Part shown: piece by piece, positions 7,138-15,068 of the stretch | How positions within the stretch are numbered: position 1 is the first letter of the stretch | How the letters are laid out: every line of letters starts with the position of its first letter | Assembly (NCBI GenBank): GCA_041310335.1 | Contig: JBFYXW010000027.1 | Coordinates: forward strand, 1-63,142 | DNA length: 63,142 nt | Direction: 5' to 3' | From: Syntrophaceae bacterium | GTDB lineage: Bacteria; Desulfobacterota; Syntrophia; Syntrophales; PHBD01 | Program-made: the position numbers and the translations under genes | Notes under the pieces: model-generated | Told to the model about the DNA's origin: nothing | Database searches by the model: none | Seen by the model: only the letters and a program-made list of their open reading frames with translations

Positions 7138-8670
7138 TCATCGCCGGACCCAGGCCAGCCTCGCCCGGCCGAGGGCCCGGCCGAAGCAGGCCACGGCGTT
7201 CGGCAGGGGGGAGACGGGGTCGCGCCGGAAGAGGTAGATCCGCTCCACGCCGAGACGCTCCGCCTCCTCCGCCACGAGCCGGTGCGCCTCCGCGGGGCCG
7301 TCGGCGGGAATGTACAGGTGGACGGGCAGGCCGAGCCGGCTCACCGCCAGGACTCGGCCCAGGGCCCGCCCGAGCCCTTCCGGGGCCCCGGCGCCCCGCC
7401 CCCCGTCGCCCGGGGAGGGAAAGGGCAGCATCAGCCGGAGGGCCCGAACGGGAAAGGAGCGCAGCCGCTCCCGGAAATCCGGGGCATCCGGGAGCCGACG
7501 GCCCGTCGTCCACAGGACGATCCCCATCCACGGGGGCACGCGGCGGAGGACCTCCGGTAGATCCGCCCGGAGGAGGGCGTCCCCCCCGAAGAACTCGATG
7601 CTCCGGTAATTCGGGTCCACCGCCAGGAGATCGCGGATCACCGCGGAAGCGGGCCTCCCGGCCGGCCTCCGGGCCGCGTCGCACCCGGAACACCCGTCCG
7701 GGCACGGGGCCCCCAGGTCCACCTGGTTCGTCACGGCGATGGGGTAGAAGGGGCGGCCGGCCCCCAGCGGCTTGATGTGCTCCTCGATGTATTCGGGGTT
7801 CCGCATGGGACAGGTGTCGCCGCCCAGGCGGACCAGCGGGTGGGCCTGCATGCGCTCGAAGACCTCCACGACGGACTCCCGCGTGGCGTCGCCGAAGACG
7901 AGCGGCAGGTACGGGCAGGGGGTGATCCAGCCGTTGCTCATGACGTGGCAGAAGATGTTCTTGGCGGTACACTTGTTCGTCTCCCCCGGCGGCGTCCCCG
8001 GCGTGTGCACGTAGACGAAGGAGTCGTACCGGGGGTCGACGGAGCGGAAGAGGTCCCGCTCATGGCGGGCGGCGAAGGGGAGCCCGTCTGGGCTGGCCGC
8101 ACGGCCGGAGAACCGGGGCAAGAGCAGACGCACCTTGTCCGCCCCCCTCCCCAGGACGAAGGCCAGGAACCGGTTCATGTCGCCGCCGGTGAAGAACTCG
8201 GTCGTCTCGGGCACCACGGAGACGTGGACGGCCAGGGAGGTCGCGGCGGCCCGCTCCAGTGCACCCACGGCCCGCTCGAAACTCCCCGCCCGTCCGCGCC
8301 GCCGGTCGTGCTCCCCGGCCCGGTAGTCGTCGATGCTCAGGTAGACCTGGTCGAGGCCTGCCGCTTCCAGCCGCCGGACGAAGGTCTCGTCCAGGAGCCA
8401 GCCATTGGTCTCCAGGGACATCACGAACCCGTGGGCTTTCCCGCGGCGGATGATCTCGAAGAGGTCTTTCCGCAGGGTCGGCTCGCCGCCGAAGAGGTCC
8501 ACCACCAGGCAGCCCGCCAGCCGGAGGTCCCGGAAGAGGTCGTCGATCCGCTCCAGCGGGAGCTCTTCCGGCATGACGGTCCGCAGGTCCGCCACCCCGC
8601 AGTGCTCGCAGTTGAGCATGCACCGGTTGGTGAGGGTGAGCTGGACGACCTTGACGAGGGGCAGGGCCAT
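7138..8670 (-). CDS. Radical SAM enzyme with twitch/SPASM-like Cys region and a C-terminal second CX3CX2C + GGD module
   Basis: ATG 8670 (MALPLVKVVQLTLTNRCMLNCEHCGV); the track ORF to 9384 is an extension overlapping the upstream gene. Motifs: CMLNCEHC, DLFGGEPTLR, then KCTAKNIFCHVMSNGWITPC...GGDTCP. A second set follows: CPDGCSGC then IEFFGGDALLR. Confidence 0.85.
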   Translation of the reverse strand: MALPLVKVVQLTLTNRCMLNCEHCGVADLRTVMPEELPLERIDDLFRDLRLAGCLVVDLFGGEPTLRKDLFEIIRRGKAHGFVMSLETNGWLLDETFVRRLEAAGLDQVYLSIDDYRAGEHDRRRGRAGSFERAVGALERAAATSLAVHVSVVPETTEFFTGGDMNRFLAFVLGRGADKVRLLLPRFSGRAASPDGLPFAARHERDLFRSVDPRYDSFVYVHTPGTPPGETNKCTAKNIFCHVMSNGWITPCPYLPLVFGDATRESVVEVFERMQAHPLVRLGGDTCPMRNPEYIEEHIKPLGAGRPFYPIAVTNQVDLGAPCPDGCSGCDAARRPAGRPASAVIRDLLAVDPNYRSIEFFGGDALLRADLPEVLRRVPPWMGIVLWTTGRRLPDAPDFRERLRSFPVRALRLMLPFPSPGDGGRGAGAPEGLGRALGRVLAVSRLGLPVHLYIPADGPAEAHRLVAEEAERLGVERIYLFRRDPVSPLPNAVACFGRALGRARLAWVRR

Positions 8671-8717
8671 GCTATGCGCCTCGATTGCGGGCCGCAGGGA
8701 CAGTGGGGAGAGCGGGA

Positions 8718-9830
8718 TCAGGCATGGGACACCACGAAGGAGGCGAGTTTGCCCTCCTCCACCAGCCGCTCCAGGCGTTCCGCCTTCGCCTGCCGGTCCT
8801 CCTCGCCAAAGCGGGGTGTCAGGACCGCCGCCCGGGTCACCCGGTTCTCCCCGTAGCCGATGAAGACGGAGTGATCGAAACGGCGGGCGAAGGAAACGCT
8901 CGCCGCGAACTCCTCCTCCGTCTCCGTGGGGAAGGCAAAGATGAAGTGGGTGTAGACAAAAACGCCGGGATCGAGGGCCCGGAGCCGCAAAACCGCCTCC
9001 GCCAGTTCCCCGGGGTCGTACCGCCGGTTCATCAGCCCCAGGATCCGCGGGGAAGCGGACTGGACGGGCAGGCAGACGTAGGGAATGCGCCGCGCCGCGA
9101 AAAACGGCTCCAGGCGCTCCGCATACCTGAGGAACAGGGCCGGGAAAACGGTGTAGAGCTTGACCCGGAGGTCCGGGGCGACGTCGCAGATCCGGCCGAC
9201 CAGCTCCGGCAGGTCCGTCCCCCGGTCCAGGCCCCAGGAGCCGCAGTCGTCCGCCAGGAGGGTCACGGTCCGGACTCCCTGACCATAGAGGGTGCGGGCC
9301 TGGTTCTCGATCTCCCCCGCGGGCCTGCTCCGGACGCTCCCCTTGGCCAGCCGGATGCTGCAGTAGCTGCAGTCGTTGACGCACCCCTGGGCAATGAGGA
9401 GGTAGTGGTCTTCGGGCCCCATGCGGGGCTGGTAGGGGCGGTGCCCGTCGAGGCGGGAGATGTGGACGGCCTCGAAGGGGACACGGGCCCCGACGAGGGC
9501 GTCCAGCTCAACGCTCGCCCGGTAGGGGATGAACCGGATCCACCCGGCATCGGAGCCGAGGGACACCCGCAGGTCTTCCGGAAAGGCCGCCAGGCAGCCG
9601 AAGACGACGAAGCTCGCCCGGGGATGGCGGCGCAGGCCCTCCGCAACGGCGGCCTCGCAGCGCCGGCGCATCTGGTCGGTGACGACGCAGGCGCCCACGA
9701 GGACCAGGTCCGCCTCCCCGGCGTCCCCGACGACCCGGTGGCCGTTCAGCTCGAAATACCGCCGGGCCCGGGAGAGGAACAGGGCGTTGTTCTCGCAGCC
9801 CCGGTGGAGGTTCTCGATGCGGACGTTCAT
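8718..9830 (-). CDS. MiaB/RimO-family (methylthiotransferase-like) radical SAM enzyme lacking a recognisable TRAM domain
   Basis: Likely start is ATG 9830 (MNVRIENLHRGCENN); the track start at 9875 is TTG. The three N-terminal Cys expected for the UPF0004 domain are present (GCENN, GACVVT, FGCLA). The radical-SAM motif is QGCVNDCSYC. The protein ends about 60 aa after the barrel. Confidence 0.85.
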   Translation of the reverse strand: MNVRIENLHRGCENNALFLSRARRYFELNGHRVVGDAGEADLVLVGACVVTDQMRRRCEAAVAEGLRRHPRASFVVFGCLAAFPEDLRVSLGSDAGWIRFIPYRASVELDALVGARVPFEAVHISRLDGHRPYQPRMGPEDHYLLIAQGCVNDCSYCSIRLAKGSVRSRPAGEIENQARTLYGQGVRTVTLLADDCGSWGLDRGTDLPELVGRICDVAPDLRVKLYTVFPALFLRYAERLEPFFAARRIPYVCLPVQSASPRILGLMNRRYDPGELAEAVLRLRALDPGVFVYTHFIFAFPTETEEEFAASVSFARRFDHSVFIGYGENRVTRAAVLTPRFGEEDRQAKAERLERLVEEGKLASFVVSHA

Positions 9831-9841
9831 GGATTCACCGA

Positions 9842-9888
9842 AAACAGGTCCGTTTTTTTGGGCAGTGCCGAACAAATCGGACCTGTTT
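9842..9888 (-). terminator. Intercistronic 11-bp stem-loop (possible attenuator/processing site) between the ACAD and the radical-SAM pair
   Basis: AAACAGGTCCG (9842-9852) and CGGACCTGTTT (9878-9888) are exact reverse complements, with a 25-nt loop. On the minus strand the 3' arm runs into UUUUCGG, immediately before the GGTGA SD of the next gene. Confidence 0.3.
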
Positions 9889-9894
9889 CTCCTT

Positions 9895-11037
9895 TCACAC
9901 CCCCGTCATCCGGGCGATGATGCCCTTCATGATCTCGTTGGTGCCGGCGAGGATGCGGGTGACCCGGAGGTCCCGCCAGGTCCGGGCCATCGGGCCGTCC
10001 TCGTCGAGGCCCAGCCGGCCGTGGAGCTGGAGGCAGCGGTCGGCGACCCGCCAGGCCGTCTCGGTGGTCCACCACTTGGCCATGGAGACCTCCGGGACGA
10101 CGTTTTTCCCCTCCATGTGGTCGGCGATGAGCTTGTCCACGAAGGTCCGGCCGATTCTTGCCTCCGTTGCCAGTTCGGCCAGTTCGAACCGGACGTGCTG
10201 GAACGACGACAGGGGTGAACCGGCAATGTCCGTCGCTTTCACGTGGGCCAGGGTCCGTTCCAGGACCCACTCCGCCGCGGAGACGGCGCCGATGGCCACG
10301 ACGAGGCGCTCCGGCTGGAGGTGCTTCATCAGGTTCTTGAATCCGGAACCCTTCCCACCGAGGCGGTGGGTCCGGGGCACCCGGCAGTCGCGGAAGAAGA
10401 TCTCCGTCGTGTCCTGGCTGTGCCAGCCAGCCTTCTTCAACCGGCGGCCCCGCTCGAAGCCGGCGGTCTTCCCTTCCACCAGGTAGATATCCACGGCCCG
10501 ATGGGGATCCGCCGTCGCCGGGTCCTTCGCGGCCACCACGAACAGGTCGCCGTTGGTGCCGTTGGAGATGAAGGTCTTCTGGCCGTTCAGGACGAAGGCA
10601 TCGCCATCCTCCACGGCGCTCGTCCGGATGGCCGCCACGTCGCTCCCGGCGTGGGGCTCCGTCATGGCGATGCCCGTGACGATCTCTCCGGCGATGCAGC
10701 CCGGTAGATAACGGTGCTTCAGCTCCTCCGAGCCGAAGGACGTGATGTAGGGGACGACGACGTTGCTGTGGAGACGGGGCGAGAGGCCATAGAAATTCGT
10801 TTTCGCCATCTCGTCGACGACGATGACGGAATAGAGAAAGTCGAGGCCCCGGCCGCCGTAGTCCCGGGGCACATCGGTGCAGAGAAACCCCGCCGCGCCC
10901 ATCGTCAGCCAGGCCGACCGGGGAACGATGCCGTCGGCCTCCCACCGGTCCACGAAGGGGATGACCTCTTTCGCCAGGAACCGCCGGAATTCCTCCCGGA
11001 AGGCCCTGTGATCGTTCGTCCAGGGAAGGATCTCCAT
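9895..11037 (-). CDS. Acyl-CoA dehydrogenase
   Basis: MEILPWTNDHRAFREEFRRF...TEPHAGSDVAA...ILAGTNEIMKGIIARMTGV. ATGA overlap with the upstream ligase stop (11035-11039). Paralog of the genes at 24922 and 60708. Confidence 0.9.
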   Translation of the reverse strand: MEILPWTNDHRAFREEFRRFLAKEVIPFVDRWEADGIVPRSAWLTMGAAGFLCTDVPRDYGGRGLDFLYSVIVVDEMAKTNFYGLSPRLHSNVVVPYITSFGSEELKHRYLPGCIAGEIVTGIAMTEPHAGSDVAAIRTSAVEDGDAFVLNGQKTFISNGTNGDLFVVAAKDPATADPHRAVDIYLVEGKTAGFERGRRLKKAGWHSQDTTEIFFRDCRVPRTHRLGGKGSGFKNLMKHLQPERLVVAIGAVSAAEWVLERTLAHVKATDIAGSPLSSFQHVRFELAELATEARIGRTFVDKLIADHMEGKNVVPEVSMAKWWTTETAWRVADRCLQLHGRLGLDEDGPMARTWRDLRVTRILAGTNEIMKGIIARMTGV

Positions 11038-12560
11038 CACGCCTCCCGGAGGCGCTTCTGGAGGATGCGCTTGAGGATCTTCCCGCCGGGGTTCCTGGGG
11101 AAGGAGTCGACGAAGAAGATCCGCCGGGGCATCTTGAAGGGAGCGATCTTCCCCTGGAGGCCCGCCAGGATCTCCTCCTCCGTCACGACCTCGCCCTCCT
11201 TGAGCAGGACAAAGGCCGCCACCACCTCGCCCCGCTTCGGGTCCGGCATGCCCACGGCCGCGGCCTCCTTCACCGCCCGGAGCGACTGGATCGCCCGCTC
11301 CACCTCGGCGGGGTAGATGTTCTCCCCCGAGGAGATGATCATCTCCACCTTGCGGCCGATGATGTGGAGGAACCCGTCTTCGTCGCGCCGTCCCATGTCG
11401 CCCGTCCGGAACCACCCGCCCCGCTTGGCTTCCGCGGTCTCCTTCGGCTTCCGCCAGTAGCCGGAAAACACGTTGGGGCCCTTCACCACGATCTCCCCGG
11501 GCTCCCCGGGGGCCACGTCCCGGTCCTGCTCGTCGACGATGCGGAGCCGCACGTGGAAGACCTCCTTGCCCACGGACCCGGCCTTGCGGACGGCGTCCTC
11601 CAGGTCCAGGGACGTGAGGCGCCCCGTCTCCGTGAGGGCGTAGCCCTGGACGAAGCCGACCCCCTTCTCGTCCTGGTACTTCCGGATGACCGGCAGCGGG
11701 ATCGGCGCCCCGCCGGAGATGAAGAAGTGGACGTGGGACAGGTCCGCCCCGGGCCACTCGGGCGTCTCCGTCATCAACTGGAACATGACGGGAACGGCGA
11801 ACAGGTAGTTGATCCGTTCCCGGACGACGGTCGAGAGGACCTCCGAGGCGCTGAAGAAGCCCGACAGGACCACGGACCCGCCGGCGTAGATCACCGGCGT
11901 GACCGACGCCGCCAGGGCCCCGATGTGGAAGAGGGGCGCCACCACGAGGGACCGGTAGGTCCGGTTGACGCCGTAGCCAATCAGCGAGTGGATGGCCCCG
12001 AAGAGGATGTTCCCGTGGGTCAGGACGGCCCCCTTGGGGTCCCCCGTGGTCCCGGAGGTGTACATGATGAACAGGGGGTCCTCGTCCGTCACCTCCTCCA
12101 CCGGCGAGGGCTCTCCCTCCGGCTCCGCCGCCGTCAGGTCCGCCAGGAGCGACTCGCCCGCCGGGGCCTCGCCGCCGTGGCGGATCCAGTGGCGGATCCC
12201 CAGGCCCAGGTCCTTCAGCGGCGCCGTCTTCTCGGCGAACTCGGCGGCGTAGACGAGTCCCCGGGGGGCCGAGTCGCGGAGGATGTACTCGATCTCCGGC
12301 GCCGCCAGGCGGTAGTTCACCGGCACCAGGATGGCCCCTGTCTTGGCGCAGGCGAAGAAGATCTCCAGGAATTCGCTCGTGTTTCCCATCACGAGGGCCA
12401 GGCGCTCCCCCTTCACGATGTCCAGGTGCTGCAGCGCCCGGGCCGTCCGGTTGACACGCCCGTTGAAGGCCCGGTTGCTGAAGACCCGATCCCCGTCCTT
12501 CAGGATTTCCCGGTCTGGGTGGGTGAAGGCCCTCTTTGCAATCCATTCTCCGACGTTCAT
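11037..12560 (-). CDS. AMP-dependent acyl-CoA synthetase/ligase
   Basis: ATG 12560 (MNVGEWIAKRAF) in ATGA overlap with the upstream stop. Motifs: MYTSGTTGDPKG (A3), GYALTETG, TGDMGRRDEDGFLHIIGR, C-terminal GKILKR. Confidence 0.9.
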   Translation of the reverse strand: MNVGEWIAKRAFTHPDREILKDGDRVFSNRAFNGRVNRTARALQHLDIVKGERLALVMGNTSEFLEIFFACAKTGAILVPVNYRLAAPEIEYILRDSAPRGLVYAAEFAEKTAPLKDLGLGIRHWIRHGGEAPAGESLLADLTAAEPEGEPSPVEEVTDEDPLFIMYTSGTTGDPKGAVLTHGNILFGAIHSLIGYGVNRTYRSLVVAPLFHIGALAASVTPVIYAGGSVVLSGFFSASEVLSTVVRERINYLFAVPVMFQLMTETPEWPGADLSHVHFFISGGAPIPLPVIRKYQDEKGVGFVQGYALTETGRLTSLDLEDAVRKAGSVGKEVFHVRLRIVDEQDRDVAPGEPGEIVVKGPNVFSGYWRKPKETAEAKRGGWFRTGDMGRRDEDGFLHIIGRKVEMIISSGENIYPAEVERAIQSLRAVKEAAAVGMPDPKRGEVVAAFVLLKEGEVVTEEEILAGLQGKIAPFKMPRRIFFVDSFPRNPGGKILKRILQKRLREA

Positions 12561-13828
12561 GATTCTGCCCCAATGTTTGAAAATACAAGGGACACATACG
12601 TCCCCCCGTGGGAGATGCCGCTGAGGAGCCCCTGCCGGAGGTTTGCCCGGGCGGCCTGCCCCGTCACAAAGGCCAGGGGCCGGACCGGCTCTTCCAGGCC
12701 CAGGGTGGGCGGGACGGCACCGTCCCGGAGGGCCAGGGCCAGGGCCGCCGCCCGGAGGCCCCCGGAGGTGAAGCTCTCCCCGAGGGCGCCCTTCAGGGCC
12801 GATACGAGGGGCCGTTCCGCTGAAAGACCGAAAACCATCTCCAGCCCCTCGGCTTCCAGGAGGTCCGGCTGGATCCCGCCGTTGGCCGCCGCAAAGACGA
12901 CGTCCACGTCTTCCGGGGCGGAACCGGCAGACCGGAGGGCCCGGCGGACCGCCAGGACGAAGCCCCGGGGATCCCCCGGCCAGCCGGTCATGGGGGCCGG
13001 CGAGGAGGCCAGGCCCTCGCCGGCGATTTCCGCGTATATCGTTGTCCCCCGCTCCCGGGCGGCCTCCAGGGGCTCCAGGCAAAGGATGCCGCAGCCCTCC
13101 CCGGCGACGGGGCCGTTCCGCAGGAGGTCGAAGGGGCGGGCCCCCTCGGGACCGCCTCCCTGGAGAGGCGACAGGGCCCGGAAGCGGACCAGGGACTCAA
13201 AGTAGAAAGGCGCCAGGACGTCGGCCCCGCCGGCGAGGATCGCCTCCGCGGCGCCCCGGCGGACCTCCTGGGCCCCGAAGGCCAGGGCCGACTCCGCCGA
13301 GATGCCGTAGTGGTTGACCGTCGTGTTGATCCCCCGGAACCCAAGCTCGATGGAGGCGTGCCCCGCCGGGGCGTTCATGACCACATTGGGCACCAGGATG
13401 GGATTCGCCGCCCCCGGACCCTCCGTGACGAGGACCCGGGCGAAGGAGACCGTCACGTCGGTCCCGCCCCAGGCCGTCCCCAGGATCATGCCCAGGCGGT
13501 CCCGGTTCGCCGGCGTGACGCAGAGCCCCGCATCGTCCAGGGCCATCCGGGCCGCCGCCGTCGCCACGGCGGAGAGGCGGTCCATCCGCCGCAGGTTCTT
13601 GATCGAGACGAAGTCCTTCGGCCGGAAATCCCGGATTTCCGCAGCCAGCCGACAGGGCAGCGCCTCCGGGGAGAACGCCCCGAGCGGGGCGATTCCCGAT
13701 TCCCCGGCGAAGAGGGCCCTGCCGAAGGCCTCGCGGCCGCAGCCGAGGGGGGAAACGACGCCGATGCCCGTCACGGCGACTCTCCGGTCCATCCCGTTCG
13801 GCCTGTCCGGCCGGTCCGACCTATCCAT
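12557..13828 (-). CDS. Ketosynthase-fold protein lacking the Cys-His-His triad (chain-length-factor-like KS partner)
   Basis: RRVAVTGIGVVSPLG KS N-terminus. By hand alignment to the neighbouring KS, TACSSG aligns to HYGISA (Gly at the Cys position). CDSHHMT aligns to SSPAPMT, and NAHGTAT aligns to AAANGGI. The start may be 13828 or the internal ATG at 13792. Confidence 0.8.
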   Translation of the reverse strand: MDRSDRPDRPNGMDRRVAVTGIGVVSPLGCGREAFGRALFAGESGIAPLGAFSPEALPCRLAAEIRDFRPKDFVSIKNLRRMDRLSAVATAAARMALDDAGLCVTPANRDRLGMILGTAWGGTDVTVSFARVLVTEGPGAANPILVPNVVMNAPAGHASIELGFRGINTTVNHYGISAESALAFGAQEVRRGAAEAILAGGADVLAPFYFESLVRFRALSPLQGGGPEGARPFDLLRNGPVAGEGCGILCLEPLEAARERGTTIYAEIAGEGLASSPAPMTGWPGDPRGFVLAVRRALRSAGSAPEDVDVVFAAANGGIQPDLLEAEGLEMVFGLSAERPLVSALKGALGESFTSGGLRAAALALALRDGAVPPTLGLEEPVRPLAFVTGQAARANLRQGLLSGISHGGTYVSLVFSNIGAES

Positions 13829-15068
13829 TCCGCCCGCGCCCCCCTTCTGCGAACCTCCCGAAGACGAGAGACGTGTTGTTCCCCCCGAAGGCGAAGGAGT
13901 TGGACAGGACCACCGCGAGGTCCGCCTCCCGGGCCCCCTCCGTGACGTAGTCGAGGTCGCACTCCGGGTCCGGCACGGTGCAGTGAATCGTCGGGGGAAC
14001 GAACCGGTGGTGGATCGCCAGGACCGACGCGACCGCTTCGAGGGCCCCCGAGGCGCCCAGGGTGTGGCCCGTCATGGACTTCGTGGAACTGACGGGGATC
14101 CGCCCGGCCCGGTCGCCGAAAACGTTCCGGATCGCCCGGCTCTCCATGACGTCGTTGGGCGGCGTGGCGGTGCCGTGGGCATTGATGTAGTCGACCTGCT
14201 CCGGGGAAACCCCCGCGTCGCGGAGGGCCTCCCGCATCGAGCGGGCCGCTCCGGAGGCCTCCGGGTCGGGGGCCGTCATGTGGTGGGAGTCACAGGTGAC
14301 GCCGTAGCCCAGGACCTCGGCGTAGATGTGCGCCCCCCGTGCCCGGGCGTGGGCAAGGGATTCGAGGATCAGCATGCCCGCCGCCTCGCCGAGGGAGAGG
14401 CCCGCCCTGTTTCCCGCAAAGGGCTTGCAGGGCGACGGGTCCACCGCCTGGAGGGCGTTGAAGGCGGCGTAGGTGATGCGGCAGAGGGGCTCCGTCCCGC
14501 CGGCGATGACGATGGGGGCGGCCCCGCTCCGGATGAGGTCCCGGGCGTAGCCGACGGCGGTGGCTCCGGAGGAGCAGGCCGTCATGAAGGTCGTCTTGGG
14601 GCCCCAGAGCCCCAGCAGGGAGGCGATCCGGTCCGCCGAGGAGGCGCAGTAGACCGCCGACAGGGCGGAGAAGCGGGCCAGCCGGCCCCGGGTGCGCAAG
14701 TAGTCTCCGAAGAACCGCTCCCCCTCCAAGAGCCCCCCCCCGCCGCCGCCGATGACGACGCCCGTCTGCTCCGCCAGTGACGGAGGCAGCGGGTCCAGCC
14801 CCGCGTCCCGCAGCGCTTCCAGGGCCGCGGCAAATCCCAGGAGGTCCGCCCGGGACATGCGCTTCAGGGGGTATGAGGGGGGGATGTGGTCCCGGGGGTC
14901 GAAATCCTTCACCTCCGCGGCGACGTGCGTCCGGAACTCCGAGGCGTCGAAGACGGAGAAGGGCCCGATCCCGCAGCGTCCCTCCCGCAGGGCCAGCGCG
15001 AAGGTCCGGGCGCTCTTCGCAATCCCGTTGAGGGTTCCCAGTCCGGTGACGACGACCCGTTCCATCAT
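13821..15068 (-). CDS. Beta-ketoacyl synthase (FabF/KAS II-like) with intact catalytic triad
   Basis: MMERVVVTGLGT..., FMTACSSGATAVG (Cys), CDSHHMTAP (His), YINAHGTATPPND (His), SFAFGGNNTSLVF. The start abuts the murI stop (15068/15069). Confidence 0.9.
   Translation of the reverse strand: MMERVVVTGLGTLNGIAKSARTFALALREGRCGIGPFSVFDASEFRTHVAAEVKDFDPRDHIPPSYPLKRMSRADLLGFAAALEALRDAGLDPLPPSLAEQTGVVIGGGGGGLLEGERFFGDYLRTRGRLARFSALSAVYCASSADRIASLLGLWGPKTTFMTACSSGATAVGYARDLIRSGAAPIVIAGGTEPLCRITYAAFNALQAVDPSPCKPFAGNRAGLSLGEAAGMLILESLAHARARGAHIYAEVLGYGVTCDSHHMTAPDPEASGAARSMREALRDAGVSPEQVDYINAHGTATPPNDVMESRAIRNVFGDRAGRIPVSSTKSMTGHTLGASGALEAVASVLAIHHRFVPPTIHCTVPDPECDLDYVTEGAREADLAVVLSNSFAFGGNNTSLVFGRFAEGGRGRNG

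Noticed and set aside
9895-12597. 900-aa track ORF. It contains the ACAD only in its C-terminal part, and its first ~520 codons are an out-of-frame read across the ligase gene. Similar long track ORFs are 7138-9384, 11037-13082, 37705-39750, 41874-43742 and 48120-50942.
   Set aside because: The N-terminal parts are Arg/Pro/Gly-rich read-through overlapping the real upstream gene in another frame. Internal starts with SD sequences and ATGA/TAATG coupling give proteins of normal family length.
13792-13828. DRxDRPDRP-like repeat (MDRSDRPDRPNG) at the N-terminus of the KS partner.
   Set aside because: It probably just reflects uncertainty of the start codon (13828 versus internal ATG 13792) in the overlap with the KS gene. 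It is not a functional repeat.
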